Origin: Bugula neritina
Lineage: Eukaryota > Animalia > Bryozoa
NCBI GenBank assembly: GCA_964035545.1
Contig: CAXIUT010000117.1
Span: 28,524 to 49,878, forward strand
Direction of reading: 5' to 3'
Length of the DNA: 21,355 bases
This document shows, one piece after another, positions 11,383 to 21,355 of this stretch. Positions within the stretch are counted from its first letter, which is position 1, and every line of letters starts with the position of its first letter. The notes below the pieces were generated by a model. The model was not told the origin of the DNA, searched no databases, and was given only the letters and a program-made list of their open reading frames with translations. Position numbers and translations under genes: made by a program.

Positions 11383-14184
11383 TCATCCTTTAGCCTTTCC
11401 AACTTTTGAAAGTAAATTTTTGACTTGCTATTCTGCTACTGTGCATCTCGACAGTAACTCACTTCTTTCTCTTTCCAGAACTTTTAAATGCTTTTCATAA
11501 TACATTAGTTTTTGATCATTGGTAGATGGACTAATAGAAGAATTGTTTTTTAAGTATTCATTTTATCTTCTGAGTGTCTCATTGTCTCTGCGCATACTAT
11601 CGCTTTCTCTTTTTATAATATTCAGGTCAACTTTATTTCCATCTTTGAGAAGTATAGCTAAACGACGATTTTATTCAGCTAAACGAGAATTTTAATCTCT
11701 TAATTGATTTAATTATCCTCCACTCACTTTGCTATTCTTGAGATAGTTGTATTCTTGCTTTACTCGACTTTCTCTGATATCTGATGACTTCAATCCACTT
11801 GAAAAGACTTGTCCACCACTATTCTTAAGCCTTCTTATCTAAATTATCTTATCTTTACTTCTTATTCTAGACGCATATTTTTTATTCTCAGCTATGATAT
11901 TTCATCGACATCGCTTGGATCAGATAAATCCATTGCTCTAAATTTTCTTAGAGCTGGGAGGTCAACTCCTTTAGGTGCCCATTCTTCCATGAGGGAAAGA
12001 AGAGATCTCATTTGAGCTTTTAGAAGAGCTATTTCTTTCTTTTTATGACTTTATGATTTTTTTAAGTTATTATATTTATTTATATGTTAAGCATCTTTTT
12101 TTGCAAAATTTTATCTTAATTATTTGACAATGGACTAATAGTCTACATATATTATAGTTTACTTGAACCTTGGGTGAATACTTACAGTTTTTTCCGATAT
12201 TAATTTGTGTCATTCATATTTTTTGTTCTCAGTTATTTGTTTTAATCTTCGAGAGAGGTATTTTATTACTAGAAGAATCCTAATTTATCTTCAAATTCTT
12301 CTACTTTTCTTTGTAAGAGCTTGATTCTGTTGAGAAGTTCAGCATTTTAATTTTAAAGTTATATTCTATCATAATCTTTTCCATAACCACTTAGTCCGGA
12401 TTGACCTGCTTCTTTTTGGAAAGTAACTTCTCTTTGAATAAGTTCTTTTTTATATCTATCTATTTCACCTTTGAGATAAGTAATTGTTTAATCTTGATGT
12501 TTATTTTATCTTTTCAGTTCATCTTCTTTTTAATGTTGGAGTTCAAGCATTATTCTACTTCTATCATCAGGTCTATGTTTACCCATAAAATCTTTTTTAA
12601 GTCTTTAGTTTTAATTGCTTAGATTAACTACATCTAGACTTAAATTTTGATTATCTTATTTAAGAGTTTTTATTTCTTTTTGTTGTAGAATAAAGTTTCT
12701 TTTCAAAGCAATAAACTAAACTTCAAGATCTCTTTTTCCTTATAAAGCTTAATTTAATGATATATTTAGTTATGATATTTTATCTATTGCCTCTTGGTAA
12801 CTAATTTATCTTTTAGCTAATTTATTTTCAGTTTGCATTACTCTTTTACCATTCTAGTAGTCTTTATTTTGTAACTTTTATAAAAGTTTTGTATTTTCTA
12901 TTTGTATTTAAACTAGAGACTTTCCAATCTATAGTTTCTCTTCTTCACATTTAATTAATTCTAGTTGAGCTTCAGATTTTGATTTCAATGCTTGGTTGTA
13001 TTTATTTTTTAACTCACTATATTTTTCTAATAATCGAGCATAGTCATCTTCTGTTTTTACTTTTTGTAACTAGTTCTAGAGAAATCCTTTTTGTTCTTCT
13101 CCTTATTTATCAATTTATTTTCCTCTTCTCACTATTGCTTCAGCTCTAAATCTTCTTAGAAGACCAAAAATCGGCCCTTGGTTTATAATAGGATATTGAC
13201 ATAAATTTTATGCTAATTTTAAAAATTTGATTGCTCCCCTTGAACCCTCAATGTCTTCGGATTTTAGTTGAATATAAAAGACTAACTCAGAATTTGCACA
13301 GAGTGACTCTTTAAGAAGAACTCCTAGAACTGAATCATGTTCAATAATTGCTTCTGGATTTTTGCTTAATTCATTCAATGCAGATGCGAAGTTAAAGAGA
13401 CTCTTGGTTGATAGTGAAGACTATTTAGATCTAAGCGAGCTTTGTGGTTGAGCTAAAAGTTATACTCCAGGAACTTCAATAAAAGTAGCAGTTGAAACAA
13501 TGTTTCCATGTTATGGTTCTTATCCTTATCGAATCAAAGTTAAAGATAGATAACTGGTATAGAGATCTTTAAATTAGAGAATGAGTCTATTTTTTTGTTT
13601 AATAGCTCTTTGTATTTATTTTTTGAAATCATCAGGGGAATCAATAGGGACAGAATTCATGTTAACTATTTCTATTCCTTACCATTCATTCTATCTTATC
13701 TTAAGAGTGCCATATTTGTTATCAGAATTACAGTCATAGATTTTTTCCTTTACAATCAAACCCATCTTCATTCGCAACTGATATTTTCTTACTCTTTGTC
13801 TTAAGCTACCAAATAATCTTTAAACAAAATGAGCAGCTAAAGGTTGTTAGTTCTTATTTCCATCAAAAAGACGTTATTTTCCTGAAAAAGAAGCTCCAAC
13901 ATATAAAACTGTTAGATTGACTCCAGCTACAAAGCTATCTAAAGAGTTAACAAGTGATCTTTAACTAATTTGTTAATTTTCTAGGTTTGTTGGCAATATT
14001 TTACCAAGAGGTACAACTTCTTCAATGACTAAATTCAAAACAAAATACTTTATCCTTCATCATCCAGGATGGAGATATGGTTAGATGAGATGCGGATATT
14101 GTCTTTGATTATTTTTTCATCTTTGGCAAGATTGATGTAGATACTGGCTGGTCGGCTAATGGCCTCTTCCTTTAGCACAGGCAT
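11383..14184 (-). CDS. Degenerate kinesin motor-like domain fused to CCDC78/DUF4472-like coiled coil (913 aa), three 20-nt introns
   Basis: Kinesin-like GVNLTVLYVGASFSGK, KEKIYD, LKIR[E], FIEVPGV[E], DSVLGVLLKESLCANS, YPIIN. Then EEEKLEIGKSLVEIQIEN, EFIALKRNF, EEWAP and LERERSELLSRCTVAEEQ, which resemble CCDC78. Introns 14029-14048, 12143-12162, 11839-11858; TGA 11383-11385; spliced length 2742 nt. Confidence 0.85.
11839..11858 (-). other. 20-nt spliceosomal intron GTAAAGATAAGATAATTTAG
   Basis: Needed to reach the CCDC78-like C-terminal motif; the unspliced frame soon hits TGA. Confidence 0.85.
12143..12162 (-). other. 20-nt spliceosomal intron GTAAACTATAATATATGTAG
   Basis: Needed to reach the EEWAP frame; the unspliced frame hits TGA. 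Confidence 0.85.
14029..14048 (-). other. 20-nt spliceosomal intron GTATTTTGTTTTGAATTTAG
   Basis: Contains an in-frame TGA; removal links ATG 14184 to the kinesin P-loop frame. Confidence 0.88.
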
Positions 14185-14244
14185 TTAAAAAGAAAATATA
14201 TATTATCTATATTTGAAATAGGAAATAATATTCTAAAAGATCAA

Positions 14245-16332
14245 TCATAGAGGATGAGATATATTAGTAGATTATTATCTGTATTTTAGATTTCCAATAA
14301 CTGGCTGTTCTTCTTCATCATCTTAGACATAGTTATTTTTCATGATGGCAAAATATTAGCTTTCAGAACGAATGACTTGATGATATTTATCGATAACTTT
14401 TTTTCTGAATTCTGGAGTTTATTCTTTGATTATGTCAGAAATAGAATCTTCTCCGTATTAGCTAAATCTAAGATCATACTGGAATCCCAAATTAATTAAA
14501 CATTCTCTTCTTTTCTTAAAATACTTCATCTCAGGAGTTTGATCAGTGACTATCGTATAAAAGACTGCATTATAAGAACTAGAAACATTTGAATCTTTTG
14601 GTCTCATTATTCTACCCAATCTTTGTAACATTTGTCTTCGAGATCCTTTATGTAAATTAATTTAGATTCCCACATTAGCATTGGGTAGATCAATGGCCTC
14701 ATCTCCAATTCTTGATAGTAATACTGTTTTGTATTTTCCTTTTCTGAACATATCAAAAACAAAATTCCTATCTTCTACGATAGTTGAACCAGTCAGAAGT
14801 GGTCTTTTTAATTTTCTAGCTAAATAGTCTATAACACTAATCCTATCACAGAAAACTATTATCTGATCGCCAAGAGATTCATGGTATTCAAGTAACAATA
14901 GTAAAGTTTTTATTTTATTAGGATTGCATTCAAAAACAATTTACTGTTCTTTTTCTCTAGTCCCTATCTTTTCAAAAATAGTATTAAATTCAGGAGTTAA
15001 TCTGGTTCTAATTTCAACACATTTTGGATTGGCTAAATATCCACATTCCACAAATTTACGCCAACTTCCTTCATACAATCTCGGACCTATCATATAAATC
15101 AATGCTTTTATTTCTTCATCTTCTCTAAGAGGAGTAGCTGTTAAACCTATCTTCACATGAGCCATAAGAGAGTTTGCTATCATAGAATAACCAGGAGCTG
15201 GAAGCCACTGAGCCTCATCGAAGATAACCAATCCCCAAGGAAGGAGTTTCAGCCACTAGTGATCCACTTTAACTTCTTTTTTAGATTATTCCAATTTAGC
15301 TCTTAAATAACTATAAGTTGAAACAAAAATATGTGGTTCATCTTTAGCTTTAAACTTAAAATTTTAACTACTTTTAGCTGTAAGCAAAATAATTTGTTAG
15401 CGATTCATTCCTTGAGTCCACTTCTATATTTAACGTTTCCATTGCTATGCGCCAGAATCACTACTACAGACAATCAAAGCTTCTTTTTTTATTTTAGTAC
15501 AAATAGCAATACCCAAGAGAGTTTTACCTGCTCCACAAGGAAGGACAATATAACCACTTTTTGCTATCCTTTTACTATCTTAATGATGAACAACTGCCTT
15601 AAGAGCTTAGGATTGATATTATCTCAACTTGGTAAATGCTTTGAGCGAAATCTTTATATTTTTGCAATGATAAGTGCCTTTGTTTTTATAGAGATCTCCT
15701 CTGTGTCTGATTTAATTTTTAATTTGACTTTTTTCGATGACTTTTTATGATAGAACTGGTATTTTCAACTCAAATAATCGTTTGAATAATTAATTATGCA
15801 TATAATCTCTAACCATCCAACGTAAAGTTGTATTTCTCCTTTATCTTTAAATTTATTAATCTCCTTCGGGCAAATACTATTGAGTTTGATTTAATTTTTT
15901 ATCTAATAATTAGCTTATTTTTTCAGGAAAGATGAAATTTTGATGATGCTCAAAAATATAGTAATTTTTTTATTTTTGCTAAAACAAGTACAATCTTGTA
16001 GCTTACTTACTTTACATAACAGATTTAACTTGAGAGATAAGTTCATGGCCAATTTGATTTTTTGAATATTTATTGAGGAAGTCAAGTATCTTATGAGATT
16101 GATAACCTAGTGATTTAGCTCTTAAAAGACTATCTTCATTGATTTAATATTCACTTATATGTGTTGGTTTTGATATTGATTAGGCAATGTCAGTTAATGT
16201 CAAACTAAAGAATGAGTTTTAGTCTAATGATCCAAAGAATATGATTCTATTACCCAATAGATAAAAACTAGAATCGATTTTTACTTTTTTCTTTGGTTGG
16301 GAGATATCTAAGTGTTCTAGCTCGACCTCCAT
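14245..16332 (-). CDS. XPB: TFIIH XPB/Ssl2/Rad25-family SF2 DNA helicase, divergent (695 aa)
   Basis: Intronless 2088 nt. IA[E][15 protein letters not shown], Walker [14 protein letters not shown], [E][66 protein letters not shown]. Contains supplied ORFs 14662-14898 and 14941-15231. Confidence 0.95.
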
Positions 16333-16497
16333 TTAATATTTATAATATCTAATTCATCTATTTTTAAAAAGAGTCATTTTTTCTATAAGACGATTTTCAA
16401 ATAACAATTATTATTGATTGATAAGAGTTGAATAAATAAAGCTTATTTTATATTAAGTGTAATTTTTGCTAAATGGCAATTTGATTTATACTTTATA

Positions 16498-17391
16498 ATG
16501 ATAATGGAAGCGGGAAGCATTGTTTTTGGACCTCTAAAGGAAGAGATGTGGCCTGCTAAAATAATAAGTCTGGGACTCATGGCTGATATTAAGTTCTATA
16601 AAATAAAATAAACCTACAAAGTTTCTTCTAAAAGTTTGATCCCTTTCACTCCTAAGAATATTGATCATTTTCAAGACAAAAACAGCTCAAAACAGTTTCA
16701 AATAGCTATAAAAATGGCTAAATAAGAGTTAATTAATTTATAAAAGGAGAAAGAAAAAGAAATAAAGAGTCCTCAAAGAATCAAAGTCAAATAGGACATC
16801 AAAGAATAATAGTAACAGTCTATGTATAATCTAATATCAGGGACAACTCATAATCAAATAAAAGAAGAAGAAGATGATGATGGGTAGATTCTTCCTGAAT
16901 TCGATTCCTTTCTAAGTTATCTAATTGATTTTAACGAAACAGACCTTCTCAACTTGACTCAGATAGGAAATCCTTATTAATTTGCCTTTTACAATACAAC
17001 TACTCACAGTGTTTGCAAATATGTAAAATGTCCTGAAATGGAGTTGACTAAAATGATAGAACACATGCTAGCAAGATTACTCTGTGAGGAAGAGAACAAT
17101 AAAATTCAATTTTACCAAGGAAAGATTATCAGAATTATTTCGACATTCTAGTTCAGTCCAAAAATTCTAGTTTCTAGCAATATGATGAGGTTGATTAAGA
17201 ACATAATCGAATATCATGAGTGTGAGGTTTTGAAGAGCAGTAAAAGATTTATTGAGCAATTATACAAATTTAAGGAAAGAGTAAGAGTGATTTTTTAAAA
17301 CTTCCTTCATGACTATTCTGAAATCGGTCCTATAAGTGATATTCTGGCTGAATATCAGTTTTACGAAAGTAGTGAAGAATAGAACATCTGA
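16498..17391 (+). CDS. PWWP-domain chromatin protein, possible C-terminal TFIIS-N/IBD-like helical domain (297 aa)
   Basis: ATG 16498 (or 16504). GSIVFGPLKEEMWPAKII...IKFY...VSSKSLIPF...FQIAIKMA fits PWWP; acidic linker; helical C-terminus; TGA 17389-17391. Confidence 0.8.
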
Positions 17392-17425
17392 AATGATTGA
17401 TTCTCTATTATAATTTTATATTTAA

Positions 17426-18174
17426 ATGAGTTTTTCTTTAGAACTTACACATGGAAATAATTAACTAGATCCATATGTTCGATCTCCTGGCATTGTTTTC
17501 AGTGACACTTTCAGGAGAGTTGAAACTGTCGGACAGCTTGAAGATGAGTTTTCTATATTGAAGTAAAAAATATCAAAAAAGATGAATGTACTAAAATTTT
17601 AATTCAGGATATATAAAGGAGATTGTAAATGAGTATTAACTTTCATAACGAGATAGAAGATGATTTTTAAAATAGTCGTAGTCGTATAAAGGTGGATAAT
17701 CAAAACATGAGTGTGGAAAGATATTAAGATTTACTTGAATTTAATTTTAAAGAGATTTAGTGGACTAAATCTAATCAAATAATGGAAAGATAGTCTATTA
17801 AGGAAAATAAGAATTCTATTGATAGAATTATGCAAAATGTATAGCAGATGTAAAATACGATATTTGAAACAGAATAAAAAGAGCTAAAAGTATTTTATCT
17901 ATTAACTAAGATGTTAGAAAATGTATAACAAATGATAGAGAAGTAAAAATAAATAATTGAGGTTTCTTTAGTAGAAGAAAAAGAAAAAATGTTTGAAAAT
18001 TTCACTAAATTAAAAGATTGCTTCACAATAGAATAAAAACAATTTTAAACTGAAATAAATGGTCTAGAGTAATATCTTTGTAATTCCTCATCGAAAATAG
18101 CATAAATTTTGTCAAATCATATTGTCTAAGTTTAAAATTAAGCTAAAAATTTAATGCAAAAACTATAAAATTGA
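17426..18174 (+). CDS. Coiled-coil protein, unknown function (~242 aa), one 20-nt intron plus a possible 21-nt intron
   Basis: ATG 17426; intron 17588-17607 avoids an early TGA and opens the frame to TGA 18172-18174; spliced length 729 nt. Confidence 0.75.
17588..17607 (+). other. 20-nt spliceosomal intron GTACTAAAATTTTAATTCAG
   Basis: Frame-restoring GT-AG segment. Confidence 0.82.
17890..17910 (+). other. Candidate frame-neutral 21-nt intron GTATTTTATCTATTAACTAAG
   Basis: GTA...AAG with A at -6; if retained it inserts VFYLLTK into a charged coiled coil; not required by the frame. Confidence 0.45.
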
Positions 18175-18240
18175 TATTACTTCTATTTTTATATCATCAA
18201 ATAAATCATATTTTTAGATTCAAAAAACAGTTATAAATAA

Positions 18241-18858
<618 letters not shown>

Positions 18859-18882
18859 TAGTTTATGGCATTGACAAATGAA

Positions 18883-21201
18883 TCATGTTGTTTTAAGTTT
18901 ACTATTCAAAGGACTTTCGTGCATAAAATTGGTTTAGTCTATCTTTCCAATATGTTTGCGCTGGTTGATCCAGAATTTGAAATTTTCACAGAAGTAATCT
19001 CCATAATCTTGAATTTTTCCACTCTGAGGAATCACGGATAATTTCTTATCGCCTTTAAATAACACTATTGAAGCTTTAATCGAAATACAAACAAAGGTAA
19101 ACTAACTTTCCTCCTTCTTTTGGAGCATTCTATCTAATGCTGAGTTTAACTTAGTTACCATTCCTATCTCTTAGTTGCAATCATATCGAGAAAAAACTTT
19201 AAGATAGTACAATCCTTTTAGAATAAATACTTCTAACATTTCTTTAAGTAGTTGTTTTCCTCTCTGACTCTTGATGTTTAAATTTCTTTTAGAAAGTTCA
19301 TCATATGCTTCTCCAACTTCAAGAAAAGTTGCTTATTGATTCAAGAATTTGCAGAAAACTTCTTTAATTTGGAAATACTCTTGAGGTATACCAAATCTGC
19401 AGAAAGGTACTTCATCTTCTTCAGAAGTAAAAATCAGCTTTTATTTGATGGTTCTCCAAAACAACTATTTTGATACAAGTTATTGTAAGAGGATGCCTTT
19501 GCATACATCTTGACTAAACTTTTAAGCAAATGCATAGTGTACAGGTTTGAAAAAGAATTGGAATGGTTCTTCTGAACATACTCTTGCTTAATAGTCTAAC
19601 AAAATTGAGACTGACTCAGTTTATTGATACAGTTGTTGCAAAATTCGAGCTTTATCAATGTCTTTTTTAAAGTTATTTTAATACTGAGCAACTGAATTTT
19701 TAAGAGGGTAAGGGACTGGAATTTTATTGTTATTACAAACTAGCAAAGGTCTTCGATAGAAAAGACAGCATACTTATCCTTTATCACGATATTCACTAAC
19801 AACTTATTAATTGATGGTTGAGACTTGTTTATCATTGAACTAAAACCATTGATCTTGGAGTTTTAAACAAAGTTTATAATGTCCAAAAGTTGCAGAAGTA
19901 CCTTGATGTACCATTACTCCCCATAAGACATATCTTTAACAATTTTGTTCTTCTTATAATTTACGTAATTTATCATCTAGTTGTCTGATTTACACTTATA
20001 CTTATGCACCTCTATTAGCTAAAGCTGAAGATTCTTGTTGGAGGTATTAAAGTGATTTAAGACGCATTTATTCTCCCATTGGATTCTAAACCTATATCTA
20101 GTATGTTTTACTAATGGTTATGAAAGTAGAGGAGCTTATTTTGTTTTTAAATATTTTATGGTATTATGAAGATGTTATTGTTCTTCTGAAGCTTTTTTCA
20201 ACCAATTAATTAAAATATTTTTCTATTCATTTATTTATTTTTCTTTATCTGTTGTTTATTTTTTGATAGTCATTGTTTTTTAGCTTTGATATGCTTTAGC
20301 TACTAAAATAGAATTTTAAAAATTAAATCTTCTGCAATCTTTTTCAAGTTTTCCTTCTTTAAAGATTACTCTATTGATAAAGAAGACCATTAAAGCAGGA
20401 GTTTCTAAAAATATATTTTAAGCAGTAGCATTAACATGATTTCCCTGAATTAAAAAATAACAACATTTGGAGTCTTAAAACCAGATATCTGATAATTTTT
20501 CCATTTTTAAAAAGCTTTAGAAAAGCATCCTTGTGATGAATCCAAGTTTATGATATTAAACTCAGCATTATTATTCACTTTTCCCTGATTTAATTTATTT
20601 GATACTTCTAGGTAGTCGATTTGTGTAACCATCTTTCCTAGCAATAATTTTCTTATAAATCTTGCGTCTTCAGGTGCTGTGCCTTTATATCCGTTCCCTA
20701 TAGCTTCCAAAAGAAGAGTAAAAACTTAATGAAAATCATTTTGCACTCCAGGAGCAAATACTTCTGAATGACAAACTCTTAATTCTTCAAAAACTTCACT
20801 TGGATCAGCAAAGGGCATTTTTCCAACTGACATAACACCAAACAGAAACTGTAGCTTGGATAACAACCTTTGTAAGAAATTTTTTACTTAGAAGGAGGAT
20901 TTTCTGAAGCAGTGATCTTTTCTCTCAAATAGTTGACATGAAAAAGAAGTTGTAAAATGGAGTTAAGGTAACAAGCTGGATAAGAAGGAGGTACTGTTTC
21001 CAATATTTCTGAGTCCAGAAGGTAGAGTTCGAGGTTTAGTGAGAGCAGCTTTATCACACTAAAGATAATCACAGCATTTTCGCATGTAATTGTAGTCTTC
21101 AAGACCTTTAGCGTTGTAAACTGAATCGGTTACTGAACTAGATAGATAAAGATATACCCATTGAAACGTTCGAGATAATCAGATAACACAGCTTTCAGCA
21201 T
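18883..21201 (-). CDS. Ubiquitin carboxyl-terminal hydrolase (peptidase C19, USP25/28-like, ~739 aa), five 19-20 nt introns
   Basis: After splicing: Cys box PSGLRNIGNTCYLNSILQ, LQFLFGVM...FADPS, QNDFH[E]VF, TPALMVFFINR, His box YVLWGVMVHQG...GHY, WF[E]FND, CLFYRR. Introns 21138-21157, 20976-20994, 20868-20887, 20445-20464, 20092-20111; TGA 18883-18885; spliced length 2220 nt. Confidence 0.92.
20092..20111 (-). other. 20-nt spliceosomal intron GTAAAACATACTAGATATAG
   Basis: Needed to put the USP His box in frame. Confidence 0.82.
20445..20464 (-). other. 20-nt spliceosomal intron GTTGTTATTTTTTAATTCAG
   Basis: Needed for the TPALMVFFINR frame; an internal GT giving a 17-nt intron is also frame-compatible. 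Confidence 0.8.
20585..20605 (-). other. Candidate frame-neutral 21-nt intron GTATCAAATAAATTAAATCAG
   Basis: GTA...CAG, AT-rich, A at -6 like the other introns; not required by the frame. Confidence 0.55.
20868..20887 (-). other. 20-nt spliceosomal intron GTAAAAAATTTCTTACAAAG (AAG acceptor)
   Basis: Joins the Cys-box exon to the LQFLFGVM...DPS...QNDFHE frame. Confidence 0.8.
20976..20994 (-). other. 19-nt spliceosomal intron GTACCTCCTTCTTATCCAG
   Basis: Removal rebuilds the canonical USP Cys box GLRNIGNTCYLNS exactly. Confidence 0.95.
21138..21157 (-). other. 20-nt spliceosomal intron GTATATCTTTATCTATCTAG
   Basis: Links ATG 21201 to the frame encoding PSGLRNIGN. Confidence 0.85.
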
Positions 21202-21266
21202 AGTTTATAAAAGTATTATATTATCTAGAGGGAATTATTTCAACTTATTCTAACAATAGAATATCA

Positions 21267-21355
21267 GGGGTTGGGGGTTGGGGTTTGGGTTGGGGTTGGG
21301 GTTGGGGTTGGGGTTGGGGTTGGGGTTGGGGTTGGGGGTTGGGGTTGGGGTTGGG
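21267..21355 (+). repeat. Right telomere, (GGGGTT)n (T2G4)
   Basis: Tandem GGGGTT to the window end, in opposite orientation to the left tract; includes two G5 units and one TTTGGG unit. Confidence 0.98.

Noticed and set aside
14662-14664. Ciliate code table 6 (TAR=Gln), suggested by XPB ANVGI[TAA]I
   Set aside because: Outweighed by many TAR codons at conserved Glu sites in USP, kinesin, XPB itself, UMP-CMP kinase and the CCDC78-like region; this XPB is divergent around that motif.
19140-19158. Intron-like 19-mer GTAACTAAGTTAAACTCAG in the USP 3' region
   Set aside because: It fits the consensus, but the unspliced frame is open to 24 nt from the neighbouring stop, while splicing would end the protein near 19033. 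Not excluded as a minor isoform.

Overview
This window is a complete, telomere-to-telomere, ~21.4 kb AT-rich macronuclear chromosome of a ciliate: (CCCCAA)n at 1-100 and (GGGGTT)n at 21267-21355. The supplied standard-code ORF track is misleading. Hand translation shows TAA and TAG are sense codons and TGA is the only stop. At conserved positions of five unrelated proteins both TAA and TAG sit where Glu is expected, while conserved Gln sites mostly use CAA/CAG. This matches the peritrich nuclear code (NCBI table 30), not the usual ciliate Gln code. Read this way, 14 genes tile about 95% of the non-telomeric DNA, with gaps of 19-239 nt. In order they are: a TmcB-like PAS membrane protein, two coiled-coil proteins, an unknown protein, a SAM methyltransferase, another coiled-coil protein, a B-box-like/WD40 protein, a CaaX-tailed dienelactone hydrolase, a degenerate kinesin fused to a CCDC78/DUF4472-like region, a divergent XPB helicase, a PWWP protein, a fourth coiled-coil protein, UMP-CMP kinase and a USP25/28-like deubiquitinase. 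The most striking feature is the splicing system. Eleven GT-AG introns needed to restore the frame are almost fixed in length (ten of 20 nt, one of 19 nt), and all have an A exactly 6 nt from the 3' end, suggesting a ruler-like splicing mechanism with a fixed branch point. All gene and intron models come from manual translation and recalled family motifs; no searches were run.
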